Shown here piece after piece: positions 37,312-51,161 of a stretch of DNA of 64,000 bases; the first letter of the stretch is position 1; every line of letters starts with the position of its first letter. The notes below the pieces were generated by a model. It had not been told where the DNA came from and made no database searches. It saw nothing but the letters and a program-made list of their open reading frames with translations. The DNA lies in NCBI GenBank assembly GCA_050575255.1, contig JBNZDD010013510.1:660384-724383 (forward strand), read 5' to 3'. The position numbers were made by a program, and so were the translations under genes. This DNA comes from Harriotta raleighana (lineage: Eukaryota).

Positions 37312-39077
37312 TATACTGTACTCTTAAAACATAAAAAAAAGAGTCATGATCTAGATGGGCTAGATAATTGGTAATTGGTAAATGTCATTTGCCACCTTCA
37401 GAGGAGGTTGACTGTGCTTAAAACCCAAGGTGAGGATCAGACCAACTGAATAAATGTTATTCCTGCGTTATGAGAGACGGACAGACAAAGTAAACCTACC
37501 AATATGGATAATTCCTTGGGAGATTTTATTCTAATCTAATGGGGCTTCTTGGTCCTTCATTATGATTAGGTCAGTGGTTAAAAAAAAAAATCTTGGTTTT
37601 TGTACAGCTCGAAAACAACATGAGCAAAACAACAAAACTTTGCTCTGGACATGGCAGCCATTATCTGCTAATAGCATCTTGTCAGATTTAGAATTGCACA
37701 CTGACACATCCCAGTTTTGAAGTTGACTTAATTGTTTATTCTGCAGATCAACCACATCAGGAAAATAAATTTAAATTAAGTAGACATGCCAGGTCTACTT
37801 CCAGTCGCACTCATTCATCTTGTCTCAGATTAACAATGGCTGAGGCTGATATTCCAATTTGAGAATAATTTAGGTGTTATGCTATTGCAAGCCATTCTTT
37901 CAAATATCTTGGACCTGCGTACACAGATCTTGAAAAAGCAGGTTAATGCTTTGATGGGAGGACAGAAGGGAAGGATGAGATCAGATGGGCTGAGGAACTT
38001 TCTTCATCCACACTGATCATATAATATTCTCTTCATCTCCTCCTAAAGAAAAACTTTTGAAAGTACTGCACACTTGACTCTCAAAAGAGTTTTGCGCCTA
38101 CAAAACACACTGTCAGTTCGCTTTACAGTATACTGTGAAGCGCTTTGAGTTACCTCAAAGACGTGATAAGTAGCAGTGACTCAGACTCAGCAAGAGAATG
38201 AGTTGATGAAAGAATTTTTTTTCACAACATCTTGTTTATAAAATGGACCATATGTGTCCGTAGGCTTGTTTTCCATTCTTCTTTGTTTGGTGCATCAGCA
38301 CGGTAACAACCATTCAGGAGTCAAACTGCATAACGTTGAATGAAACGATAGAAATATTTCAGAGTAATGCTGGTTTATGTAGACTTTGCTCCGAGGAGGA
38401 AACAACTCAGTGAAATGTTTTTGCCTTGTAATATAAAACCTGAGAAATGGAACCAATTCAATTTACACAATGTCCAAAAATAAGTGGTTTCAGTGGTATA
38501 AAGGATAATGCCTGCAGTTTGCTGTGTATTGTCAGCCTTTATGCTGGATTTAAACATACACATCCTCTTCTCAGAAACAAGGATGTTACCTTTGCTGCTG
38601 AATAATGAATGGATTACTTCTAGACATCAGAAAAAATTGTGACAGGAGTTGCTGTTTGAAATTCTGGAGAATGTGACAGGCCGACTGAAAGATGGCACTT
38701 GAGAATAGTGCACCATGTTGTGAGATAGATCTGCGTTTGTCTTTCTGCTCTTGAGTTAAGAGGCTTCAAACTGCTTTTTGTGGTGTTATTGCTTCTCAGG
38801 GTCATTTCCCCATCGATATTTCACCCCGTACACACCACATTTCATACCACAGACAAAGCAAACGTTAAATAAACCAAGAATAAGGAGGCAATGAGACATT
38901 TTTTTTGTAAAGCTGTTCATTGGAAATATTTAGATATCAAAAGAAAATCATCTTTCTAACTGAGGAAGTTTGACCAATGTCTGGCCTGAAGCCATTGACA
39001 CTCATACTGCCAGTAAAGGGTCCCAGGCGTAAATTGGTCCCTCATGTCTTTCATCTCTCTGCATGATCTCTTGACTT

Positions 39078-39180
39078 CCCCCACACAATATAGTCAATTC
39101 ACTTTACAGTATATTCTGTGAAGCACTTTGAGACGACTCAACGATGTGATAAAGTGCTATATCAAATGCAAAGATTATTA
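39078..39180 (+). mobile_element. SINE tail fragment
   Basis: gtcaattcactttacagtatattctgtgaagcac...atcaaatgcaaagattatt. Confidence 0.9.
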
Positions 39181-41494
39181 ATATGGGCAGATTTGCTGTA
39201 CTTTTGCGGAGAACAACTGGTTGCAGCTTCTCCATCTCTTACTCAACAGTAATTTATTAGAAAATAGTGATTCTGAGGTTGTCAATAATCTTTCATGAGG
39301 CATATGGGCGTTGGAAGCAAAATTAAACTCATGTTTTTAAACATTGATAAATTACAGGAAAATTGTAATGGGCAGCAAGATAAAGGGCCCCTCTCACTGG
39401 CTATAAGCCCAATAGCCACCGCATTTCTCTGGCTGGGCTGAGCTGGCCACTGGCATCAACCGGTCAGTTGTTGGAATTGCTGCCCTGTTGGGATCTCACC
39501 TAGAAATCAGGAGAGGTCTGACAAGAAAATTACAATCATACATACACAGCTTGGAACAACGGTGTATGCTTGTGCATGCCAAGTGTTCCAGGCATGCTTT
39601 ATATTCTGCACCATGGAGTCAATGAGATGTGATCTGGTAGCCTCCGAGAGGTACTTCAGAATCAGTTCTATTTTAACCGGGTCTGAAGCATCCTACAAGA
39701 TAAATATGGCGTAAAAGGTGCAAGAGGGTCAATCTGATGAAACGTAAACTGGTACATTTTTATATTTAGTGCTTCTGAGTGAAAGTGTTTTGGCCTCAGT
39801 TGGGAAAACCCACAGATGCCTCGGCTGACAATAGGAACTATTGAACAAGGAATTGCTGGGAGGGGAAGATAAAGATCTTGTTTCACCACTCCAGTGGGAA
39901 CTAACTGCGTTTATATACAGTCCTGATAGCTGCAACGAAATGAAAGATTTCTGTGTAGCCCCTTATCACTCGTAACTACGTGGGCAATTATATATAAGGA
40001 GGATAAACCGCCATAAAAGAGTCAAGGAGTCACAGGGATGGACTAATGTCGATAAATACAGGATAGTATTTAAGACACAATACTTCAGTAACTTGTATAA
40101 TCCAGATAGAGTGCCCATAAGCAGAGGTGGAGAAAGAAAATAATTTGAATGCAATTACTAATCATTCACTAAGGATTTCCAGTCAAAGTGATGGTGATGT
40201 CAGCAAAGATGATCAATGTTCAGATTTATTTTCAAGCGTATTTTATAATATGCCGAAAGGAGTTGGTCAAACGTTGTATGGATTGCTAATGAGATGACAC
40301 TTTCCTGCAGTTATTGCAAAATAATACGGGTTAAAGTGGTGTTAAAGCTGATAGAGATTGAGATTTTCTGAATTTAAGCAGAATTCTGATAATCAAATAG
40401 AATTCCTAATCAATACTGACCTTCCACTCATTCTTGTGTATCTCGTTCTGTTTCCAATGCCCAGCCTTGTGATAAATGAGAAGAATGCATATTAGAACGC
40501 TGGCACTGAAATAAATTGTGAGCCTACAATTTGGTCAGTTTGAGAGGTGGTTTTCCAGCTGTATATCAAAAGACAAGGTAAATGGGCTCTTAATCCCGAT
40601 TTCCTCCAGAATAAAATGCATATATTATCACCATTGATTTTATTTATATCACTATGTAACTAATATCTATGCAAGTGGTTGAAATTATTTCATAGTTTCC
40701 ACCACTTGCATATATATCAAGTTATGATATGAGCTGGTTGCTGAATAGAAGCTTTCCCTTTAACTGGATTATGTGCACTATTGCAAGATATTCCGAATAC
40801 AGAACACCAGTGTGACTTTCCATTCCTGATACCAAGAGGCCCATCATATCTTAGTCTTAGCCTTAATCTTAAGAGAGTTATCTTAAAGTTTGTAATATTC
40901 TTAAATGCAGTCACAGTTTTTAAGCTGTTTTTTTTTGTGCAATTTGTAGTGTATCCATGTGGAATCAATATCACCTCACCCACAACCTTTCTACTGTTCC
41001 TATATAATGAGCCAAGTGAGCTTAGGGCCAATGTTTTCAAATGGTGTTCGGAACAAAATGTGATGGTGAGCTCCAGGGTAACTGTTTTCACATGAGGCCC
41101 ATTTTGGTGGAAGGCAGAGTTACAGTGCATGCAGTGAGAGGTCATTAGAAAGAGTTATTGTTTGCTTGCTATTTCATTAGTTGGTTTCTATAATTAGAAT
41201 TGAACAGAAACAACCAACAATGCGGCAAGAAGCCCAATAGATAAATTTGTTGCATATTCACAATGTGATTTGTTGAATCAGCCTCCAATCCTCCACCAGC
41301 CAAAACATTGTACTTCAATTAGATATTTTGCGGATTAAATTATTACTCTTGCTGGAAGAATATAATCAAATTTCAGATACAAAACATAACTTAGTCCAAA
41401 GGTAATTGGTTGTGCAAATTATTCCTGTAGCTTTTAATTATTATGGATCAATTTTTTGCTTTAACAAACAAGAACAGGACCCAGAATGTAATTG

Positions 41495-41800
41495 TGTTTT
41501 TCAGATGAGACGTTAAAATTGAGGTCCTGTCTGCCTCTTCAGGTGGATATTAAAGACTCCATGGCACTAATGGAAAAGAGAACAGAGTTTCTCCCATTGA
41601 CCTGCTATTACAAATCCCCCAAATAACGTTGGGTACTCACTCCATGGTTGTTCATGGGACAACGATGTGTGCAAATTGGCTGCTATGTTCATCCACAAAA
41701 TACATAGTGAATCCACCTTGCAGTGTATCCTGCGAAACACTTTGAAGCATTTCAATTATGTGATAAGGCACTATATCAAATTCAATAATGTCCTATTATT
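41495..41800 (+). mobile_element. Deu-domain SINE joined to the young-family-type 3' tail
   Basis: gatgagacgttaaaattgaggtcctgtctgcctcttcaggtggatattaaagactccatggcact, then ccacaaaatacatagtgaatccaccttgcagtgtatcctgcg...ggcactatatcaaat. Confidence 0.75.
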
Positions 41801-44800
41801 ATTAATTTCTACTTCCTAACTGTTAGCCCATTCCATCTCATTTGCATTTCTGTATTTATTAAAAATAGGTTTGTGATTAGTGTTTCCATAGATTTGGATA
41901 TTCCCAGCCATCAAGCTAATCCTTACAGATGGTTTCCAGGAATCTGGTGATCAACACTGACAGCACATTGCAGAAGAAATGTTTGGCTGATTGTTAGAGA
42001 AGAGTGAAGCTTGTTGTTTATTTACTATTCAGTTATAATTGGTAGGCGAGTGGTCCTTTGATCTGCTCTAAAATCACTCTGGCGAGCCTATATAACAAGG
42101 CTGCTGTTTTAATGTGATGCACAGTCATTCAGTCAGTCAAAAATATTAGTCTGGCAAAATGTGGCAGATTTGACATTATGTGATGCAAAAGACTGAGTTG
42201 CAAGACAGTCTGAAATCTGGCCTTAAAGCTTTCTCAACGCTTCCAATATGCCTCCATTAACAGGAAGGAATTACTGTGATAGGTGTTTGCTCCAGGGTTG
42301 GATAGCAGTATTAATTCCTTAAATGAATTTGGAATAATGGTATTAAAAGTTCCTGAGGACAAAATAAGTGTTCTAATATGATAATGTTTGGAGTCTATGT
42401 TAGTATTCCTTGCATTTGATATACTATGTCAAAACATTTCAAAGCAATTTTCTGTGGTGTAGCAAATTCTTCCCATGCACACAGGATGTTAATGTCTTCA
42501 GAGGGACATCGGTAAAAGATTTTTCAAATTGAACTTAAACGTAATTTTCTTTTAGATTTTACGTTTCAGTCACAATTGACAGTGATGAAATTTGAGCTGA
42601 ACAGTAAAAATACAATCAATATTTTAGGAAAATAAGATGTCATCCACACTCTCAGAATAGCTGATGTTTTTGACACCAGTATAGACTGAATGAACATTTA
42701 TATATACTGTTTGTGTGTATATATACATATATATACATGCTAGATAATATTTTTGTATATACCTGTACTTGTCGGTCAATATTTCTGTACTAAATCTTTG
42801 TCCTATGAACCTTAATCCTCTTTGTAGTAAACATGTGGTGGCATTCAAAACAACTAATGATTTAAGACCTATGGTTGTTATTCAGGAATGATAGCAGCTC
42901 AGATAGAGTGGGGTTTAGCACAGCATATATGCCCCTGAAGCGAAAGGTTAAGTTTAAACAGCTAAAAAGTAAGTCATGCAAGAAAATGTTTTTACTACCA
43001 ACAAATTGCTAGTTAATGATCATCTCATGTAGGTGCAGACATATAGGCCACTGCCCAGAGCTCCAGGGCCGAGGTTGAAACTTTCCCCCTTAATGAACAC
43101 AAGATCCTATAATATTAGCACAAGATAAAGCAATAATGACAGCCCGTTATTATGAAAAGAAGATTTTGAAGGAAAACGCTGATCTGAAATGACAAATATG
43201 CCATCAAATACCAGAAAGAGCAGACCAAGTATTGTCATTATGTCCCTCTCTAGCTCTGTCTTGAGTATCTGAATCAACATAGCAATTTAACTTCATATAC
43301 CCACTGGACAATTTGTAAACATTTTAGTATTGATGTAAGGATCAATCATTAATCAGCAAAAGTGTCATCAAAATGTAACATCACGATATTCTGGGATTCA
43401 CAAATGCATCTAGATAGAACAGTAGCAACCAGACATCATAATTTAAAAAAACTGGATTGAACAGGCAGTATCGTTGATGTGGCCATTCCAAGTGACTAAA
43501 ACATAAGGAACTACAGAAGATCAGGAAGACTGCGGATGCATGTGGCAGTCAAATTAGCATAGATCCTATAATTATTGGTGCAACTGTGACTGTTAACTAG
43601 ACAATTCAGAAATGGCTTGACACCAAATACCGCACCAAATGTCCATTTCCCACAGAAAGCAGTTATTTTGAGAAGTTCAAATATATTAAGAAAAGTAACA
43701 TCCATGAAAGTGTTCTATGGCAGTATTATTGGTCCGGTTGACCCATCACTGAAAAGTACGTAAAACCTATCTCTATGGAGTGGTCTAAACTGGAGTAACT
43801 TTGCAGGTTATTGTTAGGCACATTTTCAAGGCAAAGAAGAGAGTACTTTCCTCCGCATTTGGCCTGCATGTGTGTGAATCTAACATTAGATGTGAAATGT
43901 TTGGTGATTCATTCTCAGCACTGACATCCTAACTTGAACCAAACAGCCCACCAATAATATTTTAGGAATGAGAAAGAGGAAAGGAATGATGCCAGAACCC
44001 ATTGCATTTCCATCTTACAGATTGAGATCAAAGGGCATTGATGAAAGCCTGTGCATGAACAGTACATTGGCAAAAGAGATTCTGCCCATTGATTTCTCAT
44101 TTCATCAGTATTGGAGTGTTTTGGACTGAGTAGAGTGTAGTTAGAATGCGAAAGAGAGCAACGATCATAAACCTGATGAAAGCTGTTTCGGGAATATCTG
44201 GTATATTATTGATGTGCATGACAATTTATCATAGTCACAGTGTTGCCTTTGTTTTGTAGTAACAAATCCCCATTGAAATCAATTACGTGTCTTAGCACAC
44301 TTATCTCCTTGGAAGTTTTATTAATCTTTGTATTTTCGTATACATTTGCACTGGGGGTGAAATTCAACCGAGTTACATTGCATTCAGACCATGCATTTTG
44401 CATCTGATTTATCTAGAATTGTCCATTAGAACAAATGGAAAAGCAAAAGTATTTAATTGCAACTATTGATCATTTGCTGGAGTTTTCCTGGCACTGTGAA
44501 GCTGCTGTCAATAAATCTGATCAAACGTTTGATTAGAATTTGAAGGCGAGGGTACAGAGAACATCAGTAAAGAAGATTGCAGGATTCAGAACACTGTTAT
44601 TAGGAGAGGGTCGCAGCCTTGCAGTTTAACTCATTGAATAAAAAAAGACTGAGAGGGCCCCCGATGCCAGTCTTTAAAATGGTGCAGCGGTAAGTAATCT
44701 ATTTCACTTGGGGCAGTGTGAGTGGATCTTGATAGCAATCTCTAAACCTTCACTCTTGAAGGCATTCTTTATCGAAGCCAGTTTATCGTGAGTGTTTGCG

Positions 44801-44911
44801 AGCCATTATCCAAAGGAGGAATAACACCCATCGCAATCTTCTCCTCACCCAACATCCCCAAATACAAGCACTTCACAGTGGGGGCAGTCACATTCTGCAT
44901 GGCAGAACGGA

Positions 44912-45043
44912 TCATGTGCGCAATTGGCCGCTGCGTGTCACCCACAAAATACTGTCAATTTGCTTTACAGTATATTTTGTGAAGCATTGTGAGATGTTTC
45001 GAAGATGTGATAAGGTGCCATGTCATATGCCAGGATTATTATT
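44912..45043 (+). mobile_element. SINE 3' fragment
   Basis: tgtgcgcaattggccgctgcg...gccaggattattatt. Confidence 0.88.
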
Positions 45044-46309
45044 TCGAAGTGATGATGTAAATCACATTGAAACGTAGGATTTTATTAATGTGGTTGTGAT
45101 GCTCTGAAAACATTTACCCATTTTTCCTTCCACAGCTTGATGGAAACAAGTCTTTACCAAACACTTGTTCAGGCAGAGCTCCTTTATGTAACAATGGTGA
45201 CTTGTTATGGAGCCTTCTTAATAATCCAGTTGATTGCATTAAGAGCAAGCCAAAACTTGCTCATCTTAGCAATCGCTGTTCCAGGAATTTCCATTTCTGT
45301 TGCTAATTGGAACTGATACCTTGGAATTAATTGCTTTTAAAAAATCAATCCATGATTGTCAAGACTTTTAAATTCCAAATGTTGGGAGCTATTTCATGTG
45401 GAGGGTATTTATGCTACACTTGTACAGTACCTGCATGCAACTTTTTTTAGTGGTCTCAGTGGTAGGTAAAGGTCACTGTTGTTATGAAACAGAAGATCAC
45501 AAAGTGTAGTGCAGATGTAGTGCGCTGACATCACTATACACAACGTTGGTGATACCCGTGGCTCAGTCAATCATGTGAGTGTTTGGGTTCAGCCGGTACG
45601 AGCTATGTGATGATCAGATTTAATAAATCGCGACTGAAGCTGCTTGTTGGTGAACATCCAGCTTGACTTTGTGGTTTTGGGTTGTTGCTGGTTGACGTTT
45701 CTTTTGATGACGCAAACATCTGCAGACATTTACATTGCCTTCATTGGGCTCTTGTGTTTAGTTGAGAAATATGTGTATTACTTAAGCAACCACAATGGAT
45801 TATTGCTTTCAATGGCTCGCAGAACAGGGCAAAACCTAGTCTACAGATGCATATTGCAGTTTTATCCAACCAGCATGTTGTCTCCCAGAGAGCTGGTTCC
45901 TTTGCTCTGTAATGCACAATGAAGTGTGTATGATATTGACTATTTAAGATAATTGAATTCCAATTGATCAAACATGAAGGATACATGTTCGGATAGACTG
46001 GGATAGGTGACTGCAACTAATAAACAGCTTAACATTGTTGAGAACGTATTGTGTGAGACTGTAAATCAAAACATTTAGTGTTAAGTATTATGCAGTAATC
46101 TAATTATATATTTGTTTATCTCTTGTAGTGATGTATATGTGTGCTTTAAATTTGGGGGGGAATAATACTGTATTGCACCATTTATGAAAGTACTTGATGA
46201 GTTGGAAGTTAGCAGGCTGTTTCCATTTGTTTGAGAGTGTACGATTTGAGGGCAAAACCATAAGATGACTAATTGTAATAGGATCTTCACATATGGTAAG
46301 ACTGTGTAG

Positions 46310-46450
46310 CTCGCAGCTGGGAAACTGTTGTTGAAGAAATTAACATTATTTAAGAGAGGACTTGATCTGTGTATGAGCAAGAAGGGGTTACAGGAAGGGT
46401 TGAGATCTATGTGGAGTGTAAACACTGTTTGAGTTTAATGGCTTCTGTGT
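46310..46450 (+). mobile_element. CR1 ORF2 end remnant
   Basis: TLFKRGLDLCMSKKGLQ resembles the CR1 terminal FKxxLDxxM motif. Confidence 0.5.
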
Positions 46451-46719
46451 GGATCACTGTCTGTCAGATGAATGATGATGGTGCTTAAAGTGGAAGTTCG
46501 CATCCAAGACTTCACGCTCTCACTTCAGATGTATCATTATTGGATAACAAGGAAACTTTCATAATTGGTGCTTCTATCCTATTCCTTAACTGCAATCTCA
46601 GTTGGGCAGGATTTACGAGTGCCATTTTATCATCAACTGTCCTTTCTACCTCACATTTGTGTCATAACCTGTTCTACCTTCCCCCCACTTCTGCATTGCC
46701 CAACTCCTCCACAACCTCA

Positions 46720-46935
46720 TCATCATCGGCAGGCCACTCTGCCCCTAATCTCTGGAATTCCATCCGCCTCACCCCATCGTTGGCCTCCCTTCNGATCCTT
46801 CAGCCACTCTGCCCCTAATCTCTGGAATTCCATCCGCCTCACCCCATCGTTGGCCTCCCTTCAAGTCCCTCTTAAAGACCCTCCTCTTCGACAGTCCCAT
46901 CGGTCATCCCAAATCCCTCCCCCCTTCCCTCCACC
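46720..46935 (+). mobile_element. L2 ORF2 C-terminal remnant, partly duplicated across a single N
   Basis: FSHSAPNLWNSI...SLAS / FKSLLKTLLFD; N at 46793. Confidence 0.8.
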
Positions 46936-47628
46936 CTGGAAATAAACATATTGAACTTTCCATTTGGAAAATGTTGTTAAACTTTGCCTGTCAGTCATGC
47001 GTTATCCCACAAGCCTGACTTATGGAGAAAATGTTATGTTTCCCTTCTGGCTATTGCTAACCTTCAATGTGCATAATGGGGTGTTCTGAAAGTATGATGT
47101 ACCCATATTGAGTATTATGTAGCAATTGCGGGCCCAGGAATAGATTTTTAAATAATGAAGTGAAAATATGACTATGTTTCGCACCAACGTAGAAAATCAC
47201 CATTAAAACCGCGTTTCTCCATCTCTTGACATGGGTCGGGGGACATGGAGCAGGCTGGAGCCTGCTGAGCGGACTGGGTGGACGTGTTGGTAAGAAGTTA
47301 GGAGGTCGCAGACTTAGAGTAGAATACAGACATCAATTATTTAAGTGATTGCTTCACGATAAGAACAGATTCAGCCTTTTGTCCCAAGGGATCCTTTTAA
47401 GACATTCAAGTTCTAATAGAATATTTCTTTCAAAATCAGTTCCCCATTGTAAATCACGTAATAAACCAATATGTCAGCAGAACTACAAATGCTTTCTTTT
47501 AATTCTCAAAACATTTTGAATGAGTGAAAATCTGTCAGATTGCAAGATGTATCGGCCTGCTTGTTACAAAAAATGATTTTTGTAAATTGTACAATACACT
47601 CACGTGGTCCTTGCTTTCCTTTATCCAG

Positions 47629-47681
47629 GACTATTGATTTCAAACGGAGATTTGTATATTGGAGCATCATACAGACTTAAG
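47629..47681 (+). other. Candidate 53-nt internal exon of an unidentified host gene
   Basis: Branch-like CACTCAC, tract ccttgctttcctttatcCAG, donor AAG|GTACCT; one frame is open (xLLISNGDLYIGASYRLK); unique flanking sequence. Confidence 0.5.
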
Positions 47682-50600
47682 GTACCTAATTTATATATTT
47701 TCGATTGAAAGATTAAAGGTTTTTTTAAAAAAAGCAAATAAAAACAGAAGCTGGAGCTTCTTTTCCATCATCAAGTCTTGCTGATGCCAGTTCGGTCCTT
47801 TTTGTCATTACAGTACATAGGGAACAACAATGTGTCTGTGTGCTTTAATACAAAAAGTGTTTTACGATTGCACTAAAATCGCATGCATTATTGGAGCAGT
47901 AATGTTCCCACTGTGTTTATGTTCATTGCGCTTTGTGGGCTAAGCAGTTACACATGAATAATACAAAAACACTTTCAAATTCAACATTATACTACCAGGC
48001 ATGGATTTTAAGTACCGGTAGGTGTATTGTCGAAATATAATTGATGGCTCAAACACACAAGTGTATAGAAAAAACACTGCCGTAATACCATAATCCATGC
48101 AAGTGTATTCCACTGGTTAATATTTCTGAAATGCATATTTTATGCAGCACATTACTTCAGAATATAAACTAGTTTGAATAATTTTCCTTCCTCTTGTAAT
48201 GTAATGAAGTTGCATAAATTTGGCTCAGATCATTTCCTCCTCGTTTGTCTTCCGGTAGATTTCTTGTTATCTCTTCCTCTCTCATAGCAGTCTGAGCTGC
48301 TAGTTTCCTCGAGTTAAGACTGCAGCCAGCTTCAATGAGCAGGAATCCTATATATTTTTAACTGTTTTGAGCGTGCAACATGTACAGAAGCAGCGGATTA
48401 TTCCACCTCTTTCTCTCATCTCTCCTTTGGATTTAATAATTGACACATTTTATCTTGGGTTCATACAGGAACTATTTGACCTGTCGTTATGTTTGTTTTT
48501 GATTCAGTAAGATGCAAAATCCATATCCCAGTAAGGCTGTTACAGGCAATAAATATATTAATTGGATCCATAATTTAAAGCAGATTTATGTTGTTTAATA
48601 TTATAAAATGATGTTATGTGACACATACTTGATGGGATTTGAAAATGATTAACAACATAGCAAATATATTGCCTTTGTGTTATGTTTGTGATTGCTCCAT
48701 ACATTGTATAACCTGACAATATAATAATACTTAGCGGACTTAAGTGTGACACATAGGATGCAAGAAAAAGCTTGAGGATGCTGAGTAGACAATGTGGCAA
48801 TGTATGGAGCCGGGGTGGGTGAAGAGTAGACAGTATTTTGAAGTCTTGGTCCGCACCCAAGGAATTGCTTGATTTACTCTCATCAATTTATTAATTGCTA
48901 CAGCATCACTGCTTTGTGGTTGTCACTGCTCAAGGGCCAAGAGCTCTTGTTAAAATACATGTACACTTATATCTATTTCGCTCTGTTTTTCTGTTTCTGA
49001 CATTGAATGAACTCTCAATTCTCAGCCCACAAAGAACCTTCCTTGAATTGTCGACTGGTTCCGTGTTGATGAGCTTTAATGATGGGATGTTCATGAGAAC
49101 TTTTTAGGTTTAACCTTTCTGCCTCCCAGATTTCCTGCATATTTAGGGTTGGGACGCAAATTGTTTCTCACTTGTTGACAAACAGGCTGCAATTTTTTTT
49201 TACAATATTGATTGATCCAGTGCACATCAAGTGCTCAATTCCCAAAGGCGAGCAATCAGTGCTTTTGAGCATGTTTGTGTGAATTTACAAAGGCAAAGGA
49301 CTGCAACCTTGTTCCGCTGAATGAAACGCTGAGTTCTGCGGCATTGATGCGTACTAATAAGATCTTGTTTCATGCAGCACAGAATCGTGTTTTTGAATGG
49401 GTTCTTTATGTTATTCTACATTATTTGAAAGCAAAATAAAACAAAAATAAGTCAAATTGTATCGGCCGGAGTAAGAAAGAACAATGTCCCCAATTAACAA
49501 ACATGGCTGAGATTTGAGAGATACAATGATTGAAACTTCTTGAGTTTGTGTATGTATGTTTGTGTGAACACGTGATTTTGTGTATACGCGTGTGTTGTTT
49601 TGTAGAATGCTTGACAATGAGATGTTTTTTTTTCTTTATGTTTCGTGTGTTAGCACAAAGTCAGCTGAGAGGATGTTTATCCCAAATCAAACCTAAAAAC
49701 CACCACACACACACACACTCACTGCAATCATTCTGCAAAGGCCAGGAGCAGCTCGGGAGTATGTTGCATTCAGAAATGGATTGGGCAGTTTTAATGCCTT
49801 CATTGTGATCATGAAATCTGAAGTTAACTGATTCCCAGCGAGTTGCTTGTGTATGTTTAGTAGTCAGTAAGGTGCCTTGTTCAGACTGTTGATGCACTGC
49901 CATGATTGCTGGGCCAGTAACCTGTGATTTGTAGTGCTGGAGGTAAAGCAGTTTTGGTGTTAATGAGTCTCTGGAGGATGCAGCCCAATTCCCGTTGACA
50001 TGTTCTCCTAAAAGCCGATGTGTAAACAGAATGAGAAATGAGAGGTAGCTTTGCTATGGGATGGGCTTCACGTTTATGATGCAGTTTTTTTTTTACAGTT
50101 GCTGATCTATGACTTGAGCCTCTCATAATCAATAGAGCAGCCAAACTGTCAGACATGTTCATGGTGGTTTTGATGCATCGCCTGTCTTCCAGATCAGTGC
50201 AAGGTTAGCAGTGGGAGCTGCTTGATGCTGCTCAGTTGGGCTTTGTCTTACTTTGGCTACCACTGTGAAGGCTGCAGAAAAAGGAACCCGTATTTCTCAC
50301 CGGTATCCGAATTGCACTTTGCAGGAAACAATGCAGTACAAATTCAAGGGGTCTCTTACCGGGAGTTGCTTATGGTGTCTAGGGCAGCAGCTCAATTCAC
50401 CACCTGTACGCAGTATGAATCAACGAAGTCGTAGTCTAAAAATTGGCCCTTTAAAGCTCTTGGGCTGTGGTTTGAATGACCTAAAAGCTTTTTTCAATGT
50501 TAAGCAGCCAAATTGCCTTTTATAATGCTACTTAGTGGCGTACATTGTTGTTGCAGAATGGAGCCGGGGGCCGGACCTCAACAGAACTCCTCAATTGTCT

Positions 50601-50774
50601 ATTACTTTGCCTATTGCCACAGATTGTTTTAATAAAATCATATCCATAAGGAATTAGCAAAGTTGGAGGATGTTTGTGAATGGACTTAGTTTCCCTGGAG
50701 ATTAGTATTCATGCTATTCAAAGTACAAAAATACATGAATCAAATGAATCAGAATTCAACAGGAGCTAAGAATG

Positions 50775-50832
50775 CAACACCAACAAAATTACATTTATAG
50801 AGCGACTTTCAAGTCGGGAGGACGTTCCAAGG
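50775..50832 (-). mobile_element. L2-type 3' terminus
   Basis: caacaaaattacatttatagagcgactttcaagtcgggaggacgttccaag. Confidence 0.75.
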
Positions 50833-51113
50833 TGAATAGTCCTAAAAGTGCAACAGAAATGCGAAGAGTGCTCACAGCAACCCACCGCTCCCCATTCCCC
50901 AGCCATTGAGAAACACTCTGGAAAAAATACCAAACTTGTACACAGAATATATTTGCAATTTGAGAGTGGAGAGTATTTGTTAACTGCAAAGTCTTCAAAA
51001 ACAGTTCAGAACAACTGGATACTTAGATCCGAATATACAATATATAGGTAAATAATACCTATTCATTTATACACTTCCTATACCCCAGCGGTGGTGGAGC
51101 TAGAGATGCGAGC

Positions 51114-51161
51114 ACCAAACCAGTCAAGAACCAAACCAGTCAAGAACCAAACCAGTCAAGA
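51114..51161. repeat. Perfect 16-bp x3 tandem repeat
   Basis: (accaaaccagtcaaga)3. Confidence 0.95.

Noticed and set aside
40190-40380. Very old CR1 ORF2 remnant
   Set aside because: The resemblance is too weak to support by eye.
45121-45200. Possible exon after the strong acceptor tttttccttccacag
   Set aside because: No convincing donor or recognisable peptide downstream.
51114-51161. CRISPR-like or iteron-like repeats
   Set aside because: Direct tandem units without spacers in eukaryotic DNA; no cas genes.
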